Positions 48,391 through 57,308 of a DNA stretch of 64,000 bases are shown here, in pieces. How positions within the stretch are numbered: position 1 is the stretch's first letter; every line of letters starts with the position of its first letter. The position numbers were made by a program, and so were the translations under genes. The notes beneath the pieces were generated by a model. The model was not told the DNA's origin, did not search any database, and worked only from the letters and a program-made list of their open reading frames with translations. Source of the DNA: Escherichia phage T5; sequence record AY692264.1, one strand, 5' to 3'.

Positions 48391-49209
48391 ATGCGTAGGC
48401 TAATTATTATTAGTGGTGCAGGTTTGAGTGTTGAAAGTGGTGTACGAGCCTTCCGTACGGATACTGCTAGTGGTAAAGCATTGTGGGATGATTATGATCT
48501 AGAAGAGGTATGTAATATTCATGCCTTTCGTGGTAACTTTTATCATAAAACCCATATGTTTTACAACAAGCGACGTGAAGAGCTAAAAACTGTTGAACCT
48601 AATCTTGCGCATCTTCGTATTGGTGAATGGTATAAGAAATATCCGGGTCAAGTAGTAAATTTGACTACTAACGTTGATGACCTTATTGAGCGTGCTGGTG
48701 TTCCGCATAGTGACATTCTGCATATTCATGGGTATTTAAAAGAGGTTGTTGTAGCTGACAGCTACAATAGTAGCAATAAACGAGTTATTGATGTAGGGTA
48801 CAATTCTATTGACCCAGATGATTATAAATGGGTTAAACCTAATGTAATCTTCTTTGGTGAGCATGCTCCAGCGTACACAGAAATGTATAATATTTTTGAT
48901 GGTATTACCAGTCAAGATATGATCGTTGTAGTTGGTTGCTCTAACCAAGTAATTAACTTCTACTGGGAATTATTCCCTATTCTTAACCGTACTGCTGCGA
49001 AACTTATGGTAGTTAACTACTATGATAGTGCCCTAGCATCGAAACCAGGCTATCAAGGTATGACTCGTAGTGATATGTACCAACTGGAAGATCGTGGTAT
49101 TCCTTACTGGAGTAAAGGTGCGGTAGATGCTTTCAGTGATCCTGGTTTTATTGCTCGTGTAGAAGCTCATCTAGAGGGTAGACCTTATGTGTCAGGAAGT
49201 AAGAAATAA
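48391..49209 (+). CDS. Sir2-like (sirtuin family) NAD-dependent protein
   Basis: 272 aa; GAGLSVESGVRAFR (Rossmann NAD motif), TTNVDDL, HIHGYL blocks in sirtuin order. Confidence 0.55.
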   Translation: MRRLIIISGAGLSVESGVRAFRTDTASGKALWDDYDLEEVCNIHAFRGNFYHKTHMFYNKRREELKTVEPNLAHLRIGEWYKKYPGQVVNLTTNVDDLIERAGVPHSDILHIHGYLKEVVVADSYNSSNKRVIDVGYNSIDPDDYKWVKPNVIFFGEHAPAYTEMYNIFDGITSQDMIVVVGCSNQVINFYWELFPILNRTAAKLMVVNYYDSALASKPGYQGMTRSDMYQLEDRGIPYWSKGAVDAFSDPGFIARVEAHLEGRPYVSGSKK

Positions 49210-49372
49210 TGAATGGGATATTTTCATAACTGAGTCTGGCACTTGGTGCTATAGATTTGCCTATAGGTTTCCTAGTGTAAGAAAACGGCTGGGATACACA
49301 TATAAAATTATCTACACTACAGATAATATATGGTTATCCTCTGGAGATGAGGGGAAACAGATATGTCCATAG
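49187..49372 (+). CDS. small protein, paralog of next ORF
   Basis: 61 aa; shares G(T/S)WCYR core with 49363-49545. Confidence 0.35.
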   Translation: MCQEVRNNEWDIFITESGTWCYRFAYRFPSVRKRLGYTYKIIYTTDNIWLSSGDEGKQICP

Positions 49373-49545
49373 TTAAATCTGTGTATACACATCCCGATGA
49401 TATATTTGTATGGGCGGATGGTAGTTGGTGCTATCGATGTGAGCTATGGGAAATGGACTATAAATCCGATGACTATGGTGTCATATATGTTGATACAGTT
49501 GAGTATGATACGTTCTTAGAAAGGGACAAAAATGGAAATAAGTAA
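49363..49545 (+). CDS. small protein, paralog of previous ORF
   Basis: 60 aa. Confidence 0.35.
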   Translation: MSIVKSVYTHPDDIFVWADGSWCYRCELWEMDYKSDDYGVIYVDTVEYDTFLERDKNGNK

Positions 49546-50038
49546 TACTCCAATTATTTTTCTAGACATTGATGGGGTGCTCAATTCGAGCATCTCCCAC
49601 CATCATGCACCTGATGATGAAAAGATTTTCTTTGGAAGTGACTGGGTTTTTAAACCGCTTCTCAAGGCTTTTCAGGACTTTATTCGTCCTTCTCCAATAA
49701 TGATTGTTGGGGTATCTTCATGGTTCTCTGTCAGGAATGAGATGGAGAACGTTCAGATTATGACCGGGTTAGGTCTTATAGACCGTTTTCTTGGTACAAC
49801 GGATTTTACTGGTGGTGGGCTATCTAGGGGTAATTCTGTTCTTCGCTTCGTTGAAAAGCATAAGCTCAAACATTGGTGTGTGCTGGATGATGCTGGTGCT
49901 ATGATGTATCAGTATCCAACGGTTATAGTCAATGGTAGAACTGGAATAAATCTTCAAGATTTAAGAGCTGTTAGCTATATGTTAGAATTTAGTCCAGATC
50001 TTGAAATGTGTAAAGCCCTACAACAATTTAAGGTGTAA
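49532..50038 (+). CDS. HAD-like hydrolase
   Basis: 168 aa; HAD motif I FLDIDGVLN at N-terminus. Confidence 0.5.
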   Translation: MEISNTPIIFLDIDGVLNSSISHHHAPDDEKIFFGSDWVFKPLLKAFQDFIRPSPIMIVGVSSWFSVRNEMENVQIMTGLGLIDRFLGTTDFTGGGLSRGNSVLRFVEKHKLKHWCVLDDAGAMMYQYPTVIVNGRTGINLQDLRAVSYMLEFSPDLEMCKALQQFKV

Positions 50039-50040
50039 AT

Positions 50041-50469
50041 ATGTTTAATAATGTATTCTCTAAAGAAGCTAATCCAATATTGGTTAATTTTTGGCGTACT
50101 CTTCCAGCCAACCTGTACAATGAGGCTATTAATGCTCTAAAAATATGGTGTGAGAATAATGAAATCTCCTTTGCTTTTAAAGGCGAGATTGAAGAAGCTC
50201 CCTGTATTGGTTTAATTGTGCAGGTAGAGGATGGTCTTGAAGAGATTGTCGGCTGGAAAGAGTTAGATGAAATGGGCTTGGTTTTTGCATTAAACTATAA
50301 GCTGTTTATGCCTAATAAACACCGTATTGTTGTTAACTATAAAACCAGTGAATCTCCTGGCTTTCAAGTTAATGAACATTACGGTTGGTCTTACTCACCG
50401 GAAGAAGTAAATGATGGTATCCAAAAACTTCGTCGTTTTGGTTATCAAATTCCGGGTTTAACTGCCTAA
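50041..50469 (+). CDS. hypothetical protein, tandem paralog A
   Basis: 142 aa; shares PCIG ... MGL(V/I)(F/V)ALN(Y/F)(K/S)LF ... PGL with next ORF. Confidence 0.45.
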   Translation: MFNNVFSKEANPILVNFWRTLPANLYNEAINALKIWCENNEISFAFKGEIEEAPCIGLIVQVEDGLEEIVGWKELDEMGLVFALNYKLFMPNKHRIVVNYKTSESPGFQVNEHYGWSYSPEEVNDGIQKLRRFGYQIPGLTA

Positions 50470-50478
50470 GGAGGCACA

Positions 50479-50871
50479 ATGGAACAAATATATTGGCGTC
50501 AGATTGATCCTAGTTTGGTGAAGTGTGCAGAGAAGCTGCTACAACGTTGGTTGGGGGTAAGACAAGCCTCCTTCACTTTTCCGGAGCAGCAAATAGACGA
50601 TCCCTGTATTGGTGTTTTCCTATCAGGCTACGCTGGGGAATGGGAATTGGATTGGAATGAATTGTCTGCTATGGGTTTAATTGTTGCACTAAATTTCTCT
50701 TTGTTCCATCCACGTGGTTTGGCTATATGTCGTGTGCCTGATGATGGTTGTTCGCCCCATCTTTTACGGGTGGAAGATGATATTTGGGAGTACACTCCAG
50801 ATACTCTCAAAGAAGCTAAAGAACAGTTAAACCGTGTTGGGATCTATGTTCCAGGCCTGAATGATGAATGA
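50479..50871 (+). CDS. hypothetical protein, tandem paralog B
   Basis: 130 aa. Confidence 0.45.
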   Translation: MEQIYWRQIDPSLVKCAEKLLQRWLGVRQASFTFPEQQIDDPCIGVFLSGYAGEWELDWNELSAMGLIVALNFSLFHPRGLAICRVPDDGCSPHLLRVEDDIWEYTPDTLKEAKEQLNRVGIYVPGLNDE

Positions 50872-50895
50872 TTTTTATTAGCTGAACTCTGATTA

Positions 50896-50922
50896 CCGAG
50901 TCATTTTGGCTCGGTTTTCTCT
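50896..50922 (+). terminator. rho-independent terminator
   Basis: CCGAG-loop-CTCGG hairpin followed by TTTTCT. Confidence 0.55.
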
Positions 50923-50962
50923 GTACTCAAAGACACTGATAGCACCATCCGGAAAATTTTAC

Positions 50963-50991
50963 TTGCAGGATGCCCAAAATCTTGATATAAT
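50963..50991 (+). promoter_or_regulatory. sigma70 promoter (TTGCAG-17-TATAAT)
   Basis: TTGCAG 50963-50968, TATAAT 50986-50991; about 500 bp without ORF follows. Confidence 0.65.
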
Positions 50992-51488
50992 ATTTATATT
51001 GAATTGAGAGACATTAGTAAAAATTGATTTTGCTAATTTTTCTTGTTTACAATCCGCGATACGGAACAGTTAGGCTGCCCCATTAAGGGTTGTTTTAACT
51101 GTTACTAGTGTTTATATTGCATTAGTTAATATTCAATTAAGTGATCTGTGTACCCTGAATTCGGAAAGGTAAATCCAAACCGTGCATATTTAGCTCGTTA
51201 TATAGGCAGAGTTTTATATGGGGGTGCGAACGAAAAGAGCAGCGAATGGCGGCACGTACAGTAGTCACCTACCAATAGGATAGTGAGGACAAATAGAATC
51301 GGCTTAGCGGCCAATGACCTAGGTTCTATTCTGTATATGAGCGAAGAGAGCACAGCACTGAGATATGATAACTTATTCATATTGTTTGATGATAATTGAT
51401 GTTTACGTAAATAGTAGTAATAGTTGTTCTATTCTTTCTGAATAGTCCTAAAGAAAAGATTTCGATTAACCAACACAGGAGTATTGTT
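50992..51488 (+). other. ORF-free segment of about 500 bp (candidate replication origin or ncRNA)
   Basis: promoter-proximal, no ORF of 60 aa or more; inverted repeat AACAGTTA...TAACTGTT; immediately upstream of helicase-like gene. Confidence 0.3.
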
Positions 51489-54275
51489 GTGTTTTCTATC
51501 CTCCAAGGTCACGCCGGATTTTCTCGTGATTTAGCAACAGGTATTTGGCGAGAAATCAAAGCGGAAGATTATACCTTTGCCAAGCGATTCTCGAAAGAGC
51601 ATCCAGAAGGTAAACCAGCTTCTATGCCCTTCAAATTTGATGTAATAGAAGAGCACGACCCACAAAGCCTTGCCGAAATGTTACCCCTCATGAGACGTTT
51701 AACGTCTGACCCTCATATCGTTGCGGTGCGAGGTCGATGTCTCGCACCTAAAAATAATGTGCGACGTAAGAAAGGTAACTTTAATGTATCTAATCCTAGT
51801 AATATTATTGCTATGGACGTGGATGGTATCCTAGATACCGGTGGGTATGACAAATTTAATCTTGTTGGTATGGCCCGCCACATTATTAAGATGTTGAATA
51901 GTATTAGTGAGGATATGTTTCCTCTTGATGCAGGGTTTATTGCTCATGCATCGTCTTCGGCTGGGCTAAAACCAGGTATCCGAATGCACTTAATGCTAGA
52001 ATCTAACGTCAAGGTAACTCAGGGTCAGCTAAAGTTCTTATTTACATCTATCAACGATAGTAGTAAGCAAAAATTTGGTTTTGATATTGCCGACCTAGCT
52101 TATTATTCATCTGTCCAGCTCCACTATTTTGCCGACCCCTTATTTAGCGATGGTATTGTTGATCCGTTTAAAGCGGAGAGTAAGCCACGTCTGGTGTATG
52201 TTAAAGGTTCGAAAGTAAATTTGCCCAATAATCTGGTTGACTATGAAACAACTAGAGGGGAGTTTAAGGAAGGGTTTTATTCTTTACTTGATCAAATTAA
52301 AGGCAAAAAGATTGCTTCTGATAAAGTAGAAGAAACCATCAGCGAGTTAGAAGAGGCTGATGATGGAGTGTATTTGCGTATTATCCCCAAACTATACCAT
52401 AGAGCATTAGAGGATGGTGTTGATTTTGCATGGCTAGAACGTGAGATTAAACCAGCTTTATCTGAATATATTGCAACTAAAGATAACAGTCGTAATATTC
52501 AAGATTACTTTAATAACGGTCGTAAGCAGGCTCTCAAAGCGTTTGTTAATAATTCTAAACGTGAGATTCCATTAAATCTGAAAGGTGTTCCACTTAAGAA
52601 ATTAGAAGTGGATTCTCCACCAGAAGTTCCATACCTGAAGATTAACATTGTGCCCCCAAAAGGCCATATAACATTTGTTAAGGCAAGTCTTGGTACTGGT
52701 AAAACTACGGCAGTAACTAAATGGCTGGACGCAGGTGTTCTTCCAGGCAACTTTTTAGCAGTTACAAATACTAGAGCACTGGTATCTTCAAATGCCAAGA
52801 AATTTAGTGCAGGACAATACGATAAGTCTGTAGATATGCTCAACTTTAAACGTGGAGCTATCGATCGTATGTCCACAACTATTCACTCTTTGCATAAGTT
52901 CAAAAGTTTTATTGGGCAAATAGACACCATTTTTATTGATGAATGTGACGCTGTAATGAATGACCTATTATTCGCCCCTGTTGTTAAACAACGTCGCGAG
53001 TGTATTCAAGTTCTACGTGACATCCTTATGACAGCTAAGACTGTAATCTTATCCGATGGTGATATTAGTGCTGAGACGATTGAAGCATATGGTTCTCTAA
53101 TTGATTTTGATAAACCAGTAGCATTTTATAATCATCACCGTAAAATGCTGTCAAAAGCACACGCTTATGAGTTTCCTGATGAATCCAGTATTTGGGTTGC
53201 ACTTCAGACTTCTCTAGAGATGGGTGAGAAATCTATTCTAGTATCTGATTGTGGCCCGGATGAGCTGAATGAGAAGGGTATGGCACTGCGTCGTAATACG
53301 GGTGCGTTAGTTAAGGAAATCCATTCAAACTCCACCTCAGATGTGGATATTCGACGTATTCTGGATTATACAACTAATGAGCTAATTGATCAACAAATTG
53401 ATTGCTTATTATGTAGTCCATCCGTAACGAGTGGCGTTGACTTTAACTATTTCGATAATGTGTTTGTTATTACTAGAACCAGTAATCAAGCGCCAAACAT
53501 GCGTTTCCAAGCAATCAGGCGCGACCGTGGTGCCCAGAACATCTATTATTTTATTGATAAATCTACGAGTGGATTCTCTGCAGGTTCTGAGCAATATAAT
53601 ATTGATGAAGGTTGGCTGGAGTTAGCACAGCAATTATACGCACGTCGTAGAGAGCTGGAATCTAGAAACTATACTAGTACCTTACGTTATTATTTGCTTG
53701 ATCAGGGTGCAACTATTGATATTTTCAGCGAAAGCTGGGGAACTATTGAAGGTGCTGGTAAAGAATATACAGAAGAGCGAATCAAAGCTATTCTGCATTC
53801 AACTCCAGATTATTGTGCCCCACGTCATGCAGATGCATATGAAGCTAAACTACTTCTTGTTCGCTATTATCATCTTGAGTCTATTAAAGATGTAACAGTT
53901 GAGCATGTCGAACAATATATCAAAGATAAACCGAATGATCGAGCTGCATTCTTCCATAAGATGCACGAGATGTTCTGGGAAGATATTAAGAAGTGTTCAA
54001 ATGTGACCATTAAACCATTCATAGAGGCTCTGAAAGGTAAGAAGAAAGACTTCTTCCTTAAAACAGGTCAGAGTGCCAACCCAAAATATGCTAGAATGTA
54101 TCTTGGTATGATGGGTATTGGTAAGGATATGAACACTGAAAATATTGTAGACTGGTACAGAACCTATTGTAAAATCGAGTGTATGCCAATTCCTTTCAAA
54201 TTCATGACAGAGGAAGAGAGGGCTATGGCAGAAGAAGTAATGTCCGAACTTGGAGCAACTAATGAAGATGCATAA
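51489..54275 (+). CDS. large Walker A/B NTPase, probable SF2 helicase or origin-binding protein
   Basis: 928 aa; GTG start with AGGAG RBS; Walker A SLGTGKTTAV and Walker B IFIDECD. Confidence 0.6.
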   Translation: MFSILQGHAGFSRDLATGIWREIKAEDYTFAKRFSKEHPEGKPASMPFKFDVIEEHDPQSLAEMLPLMRRLTSDPHIVAVRGRCLAPKNNVRRKKGNFNVSNPSNIIAMDVDGILDTGGYDKFNLVGMARHIIKMLNSISEDMFPLDAGFIAHASSSAGLKPGIRMHLMLESNVKVTQGQLKFLFTSINDSSKQKFGFDIADLAYYSSVQLHYFADPLFSDGIVDPFKAESKPRLVYVKGSKVNLPNNLVDYETTRGEFKEGFYSLLDQIKGKKIASDKVEETISELEEADDGVYLRIIPKLYHRALEDGVDFAWLEREIKPALSEYIATKDNSRNIQDYFNNGRKQALKAFVNNSKREIPLNLKGVPLKKLEVDSPPEVPYLKINIVPPKGHITFVKASLGTGKTTAVTKWLDAGVLPGNFLAVTNTRALVSSNAKKFSAGQYDKSVDMLNFKRGAIDRMSTTIHSLHKFKSFIGQIDTIFIDECDAVMNDLLFAPVVKQRRECIQVLRDILMTAKTVILSDGDISAETIEAYGSLIDFDKPVAFYNHHRKMLSKAHAYEFPDESSIWVALQTSLEMGEKSILVSDCGPDELNEKGMALRRNTGALVKEIHSNSTSDVDIRRILDYTTNELIDQQIDCLLCSPSVTSGVDFNYFDNVFVITRTSNQAPNMRFQAIRRDRGAQNIYYFIDKSTSGFSAGSEQYNIDEGWLELAQQLYARRRELESRNYTSTLRYYLLDQGATIDIFSESWGTIEGAGKEYTEERIKAILHSTPDYCAPRHADAYEAKLLLVRYYHLESIKDVTVEHVEQYIKDKPNDRAAFFHKMHEMFWEDIKKCSNVTIKPFIEALKGKKKDFFLKTGQSANPKYARMYLGMMGIGKDMNTENIVDWYRTYCKIECMPIPFKFMTEEERAMAEEVMSELGATNEDA

Positions 54276-54780
54276 ACCAATGCCTCCTATGGCATTTATC
54301 CTAGAAAAGCTTAGGTATGACGAAAGTACCGGGGACTTAATTTGGTTATCTGGCCCAAGGAAGGGAAAGGTGGCGGGCTCCAAAATGAAAACTGGAAGAC
54401 AGTTAGAGTTTACGATAAATGGGGAGCGGACAGCTTACTTAGCCCATAGAATAATCTGGTTTATAAAGACAGGCGAAGATCCTGGGGATAAAACTATCGA
54501 CCACAAAGACGGTGATAGTTTAAACAACTTGTGGGATAATTTACGTAAGGCTACCTATTCCGAAAATGGAAAGAATAAGAAGTGTTCTACTAATTCTACC
54601 GGATTCACTGGAGTTGTAAAACGAGGTAATAGATATATGGCCTACGCTTACTGCGAGGGAAAGCAGCATATTTTTGGTAGACGAGATACCCCGGAAGAAG
54701 CCCATCAGCTATACCTTAGGGGAGTTAAAGAACTGTTTGGTGAATTTAATCCCTCGGAGAGATATGACAGTGAAGAATAA
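54250..54780 (+). CDS. HNH homing endonuclease
   Basis: 176 aa; HRIIWFIKTG...IDHKDGDSLNNLWDNLR. Confidence 0.65.
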   Translation: MEQLMKMHKPMPPMAFILEKLRYDESTGDLIWLSGPRKGKVAGSKMKTGRQLEFTINGERTAYLAHRIIWFIKTGEDPGDKTIDHKDGDSLNNLWDNLRKATYSENGKNKKCSTNSTGFTGVVKRGNRYMAYAYCEGKQHIFGRRDTPEEAHQLYLRGVKELFGEFNPSERYDSEE

Positions 54781-54997
54781 AAAATGGGAAACAAGGAAGT
54801 TTCCAGTAAAAGAACGTAAAGTTCCTGTTTATGATACTTCGGAGAAGCTATGTAGGGTGGTACCGCACAGATTAGCTGGCATCCCTAACATATCCGAATG
54901 GTTACTTAAACAACGGAGGACTAGCGTATCCCTTCGCATAGGGTTTGAGTTAGATAAAGTATATGCTGAACTTTCTTCTTTGCTCAAAGAATCATAA
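54764..54997 (+). CDS. hypothetical basic protein (start adjusted)
   Basis: track ORF 54674-54997 overlaps HNH gene; internal ATG at 54764. Confidence 0.35.
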   Translation: MTVKNKKWETRKFPVKERKVPVYDTSEKLCRVVPHRLAGIPNISEWLLKQRRTSVSLRIGFELDKVYAELSSLLKES

Positions 54998-55006
54998 AAA
55001 ATTTAT

Positions 55007-55035
55007 TTGCTTTCAGGAAAATTTTTCTGTATAAT
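55007..55035 (+). promoter_or_regulatory. T5-type promoter (TTGCTT-17-TATAAT)
   Basis: TTGCTT 55007-55012, TATAAT 55030-55035, then GAGAGGAG RBS. Confidence 0.75.
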
Positions 55036-55066
55036 AGATTCATAAATTTGAGAGAGGAGTTTAAAT

Positions 55067-55771
55067 ATGGCTGGTTCTCGCAGAAAGAAACATATCCATG
55101 AAATCCCGGATGAAGTCTTTAAAAAAGTTATAGAGCATCTGGAAAACGGTGGTACTAAGAAAGCAGCATGTGAAATGCTCGGCGTATCATCCAATCCAAC
55201 TATGGAAAGGATGATTGAAGAGTGGCAAGACCGCCAGATTCAAGTTGCCGAAATGAAGAAAAAGAAACGTGGTACACTCATTGAAGGTATTGAGTTGGCC
55301 AACGTTATTGAACAGTATCTATCTGGCGATTCTTTCGAAGAGATTGCCGATCGTAATTACCGCTCTGTAGCAATGGTTAAATCTGTTCTGGAACGCTATG
55401 GTGCTCTGCTTCGTTTGAACGATATTGTAGATCCATTGAATCCACCAATTATTCCTGATGATGCTGTAGCAGAAGAATTTGAGGTAGGTGAGCTTGTTTG
55501 GGTTCCTGGATACCAGTGTATTGGTGAAATCAAAAAAGCAATGGATAACCCTGTTGGTTGTTACCGTGTTTGGCTTCTATCAGAAGGCAAACAACAGAAC
55601 GTTCATTATATGAATTATGAGCTGGCCTCTGTTAAACACCTGGAAAAGTTAGGGGTTGATGTAAAATCTCTGGGGTATAAATGGACTCGGGAAGAAGTCA
55701 TTACGTTGATTAACGAAGCTGTTAAGGCCGCCTTGAAACTTGATAAAGAAAAAGGAAAACGCCGTGAGTAG
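55067..55771 (+). CDS. hypothetical protein, possible HTH regulator
   Basis: 234 aa; N-terminal region resembles an HTH (TKKAACEMLGVSSNPTMERM). Confidence 0.45.
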   Translation: MAGSRRKKHIHEIPDEVFKKVIEHLENGGTKKAACEMLGVSSNPTMERMIEEWQDRQIQVAEMKKKKRGTLIEGIELANVIEQYLSGDSFEEIADRNYRSVAMVKSVLERYGALLRLNDIVDPLNPPIIPDDAVAEEFEVGELVWVPGYQCIGEIKKAMDNPVGCYRVWLLSEGKQQNVHYMNYELASVKHLEKLGVDVKSLGYKWTREEVITLINEAVKAALKLDKEKGKRRE

Positions 55772-56015
55772 ACTAACTGATTTACTTAAAGATGGGGAAG
55801 TAAAAACACTATATCGTAGAAGCTGGGATAACGATAATAACGGCTTAGTGTTACTAACTTTAGATGCTGACTCGGATGTAGCTACTCAGCATACCTGGGT
55901 AGCCGGTAATTATCCATATAGCGAGGTTGTTTCATTAACAGTATGCGAAGCTATTGCAGACGATTGGGAGGTTGCCAGCATTGAGGGTATGCTCGCTGTT
56001 GGCCTGGTGGAGTAA
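55740..56015 (+). CDS. hypothetical protein
   Basis: 91 aa ORF. Confidence 0.4.
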   Translation: MIKKKENAVSRLTDLLKDGEVKTLYRRSWDNDNNGLVLLTLDADSDVATQHTWVAGNYPYSEVVSLTVCEAIADDWEVASIEGMLAVGLVE

Positions 56016-56032
56016 CTACTTAAAAATTTCAG

Positions 56033-56061
56033 TTGCTTAATCCTACAATTCTTGATATAAT
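56033..56061 (+). promoter_or_regulatory. T5-type promoter (TTGCTT-17-TATAAT)
   Basis: TTGCTT 56033-56038, TATAAT 56056-56061. Confidence 0.75.
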
Positions 56062-56118
56062 ATTCTCATAGTTTGAAAGAACTATTCTGTTTAATTCTTA
56101 ATTAAGGAAATATAAAAT

Positions 56119-56529
56119 ATGACTACTCCAACTCAGTGGACTGATGAACTGTTCGAAAAAATGTCTTCCGAATACGTTGCTCGTATGGAGCAATTCCCAG
56201 AGGATGAACGTCCGGGTGTTAGCATGGAAATTGTTAGCGAAATTGCCCAGGAAAATGGTGTAACTCCGAACGGTTTTCGTATGAAGCTGACTAAAGCAGG
56301 TTTGTATATTAAGAAAGCTGCTGGTTCTACTTCTAAATCTAGCGCATCTACTGGAGAAAAAGCTTCCGGTGGTTCTCGTACCTCCAAAGCTCAAGCCCAC
56401 GCCGACCTTCGCGCAGCATTCTCTGATGCTGGCTTAGCACCAGATTTTCTGGATGATGCAATTATCGACAAACTGACCGGTAAAGCGGCTGCTCATCTGG
56501 CAGAAGCAATCCGAGCTATCACTAAGTAA
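56119..56529 (+). CDS. hypothetical protein
   Basis: 136 aa; Ser/Ala/Lys-rich C-terminal half. Confidence 0.5.
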   Translation: MTTPTQWTDELFEKMSSEYVARMEQFPEDERPGVSMEIVSEIAQENGVTPNGFRMKLTKAGLYIKKAAGSTSKSSASTGEKASGGSRTSKAQAHADLRAAFSDAGLAPDFLDDAIIDKLTGKAAAHLAEAIRAITK

Positions 56530-56565
56530 TTTTAGATAAATCCACCAACAAAAGGAACTATAGCT

Positions 56566-56862
56566 ATGACTAAAGCTGAAATTATTGCACAGTGCGAAAA
56601 ATTTGGTGAGTTTTATCTTCATTACGAGAAACTTCGTCAGAAAGGAACCACGTACCTTCAGGGTACAATGGAATTTGATCCGGCCCAAGATAAATATCTG
56701 GCTGAGCGTATTAAACGCGAACGTATTCGTAAAGCGAAAGATGATGAAATCCTTGTCTTCTCTCGTACTAATGATAGCTTCCGTTTTATTCCTGTCGAGA
56801 AAGTCCGTCGTGTGACTAGCCTCCAATCAGAGTTAGATCGTGCTTCTCCAGTAGGCCGATAA
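56566..56862 (+). CDS. hypothetical protein
   Basis: 98 aa ORF. Confidence 0.45.
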   Translation: MTKAEIIAQCEKFGEFYLHYEKLRQKGTTYLQGTMEFDPAQDKYLAERIKRERIRKAKDDEILVFSRTNDSFRFIPVEKVRRVTSLQSELDRASPVGR

Positions 56863-56872
56863 GAAAACAATT

Positions 56873-56895
56873 AGCCCCTATATGGGGCTTTTTGT
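56873..56895 (+). terminator. rho-independent terminator
   Basis: AGCCCC-TATAT-GGGGCT hairpin followed by TTTTTG. Confidence 0.65.
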
Positions 56896-56912
56896 GTATT
56901 TGGGATATGTAA

Positions 56913-57221
56913 ATGAGCGAACAGGTAAATCAAAACTATGAAGGACACGTTGATGACCAGTCCATCATACTTTGGGAGAAGGAGGGGGAACAAGTAAGAT
57001 TAACAGTATCTGAATTTCGTGGGAATCTATACATGGGTATTCGTTACTGGCTTCTTGATATTAATGATGAATGGTTTCCAACGAAATCTGGCTTCTCTTT
57101 TCCTTACACCCTAGAAACAACATCACAGCTTTTCTATGCGTTTACACAGATTCTTAGCGAATCTGAGGTTTTACATGAAGTACAGAAACGAGCTGAAGAA
57201 CTCAAAGCCAAGAATGCCTAG
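56913..57221 (+). CDS. hypothetical protein
   Basis: 102 aa ORF. Confidence 0.45.
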   Translation: MSEQVNQNYEGHVDDQSIILWEKEGEQVRLTVSEFRGNLYMGIRYWLLDINDEWFPTKSGFSFPYTLETTSQLFYAFTQILSESEVLHEVQKRAEELKAKNA

Positions 57222-57235
57222 TTCTTGGCTTTTTC
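57207..57235 (+). terminator. rho-independent terminator
   Basis: GCCAAGAA-loop-TTCTTGGC hairpin followed by TTTTTC. Confidence 0.55.
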
Positions 57236-57248
57236 TTTATAAATGTAT

Positions 57249-57277
57249 TTGCTTTCAACTCAGTTTTGTTATATAAT
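57249..57277 (+). promoter_or_regulatory. T5-type promoter (TTGCTT-17-TATAAT)
   Basis: TTGCTT 57249-57254, TATAAT 57272-57277. Confidence 0.75.
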
Positions 57278-57308
57278 ATTTATATAAATTAATGAGAGAT
57301 ATAAATAA

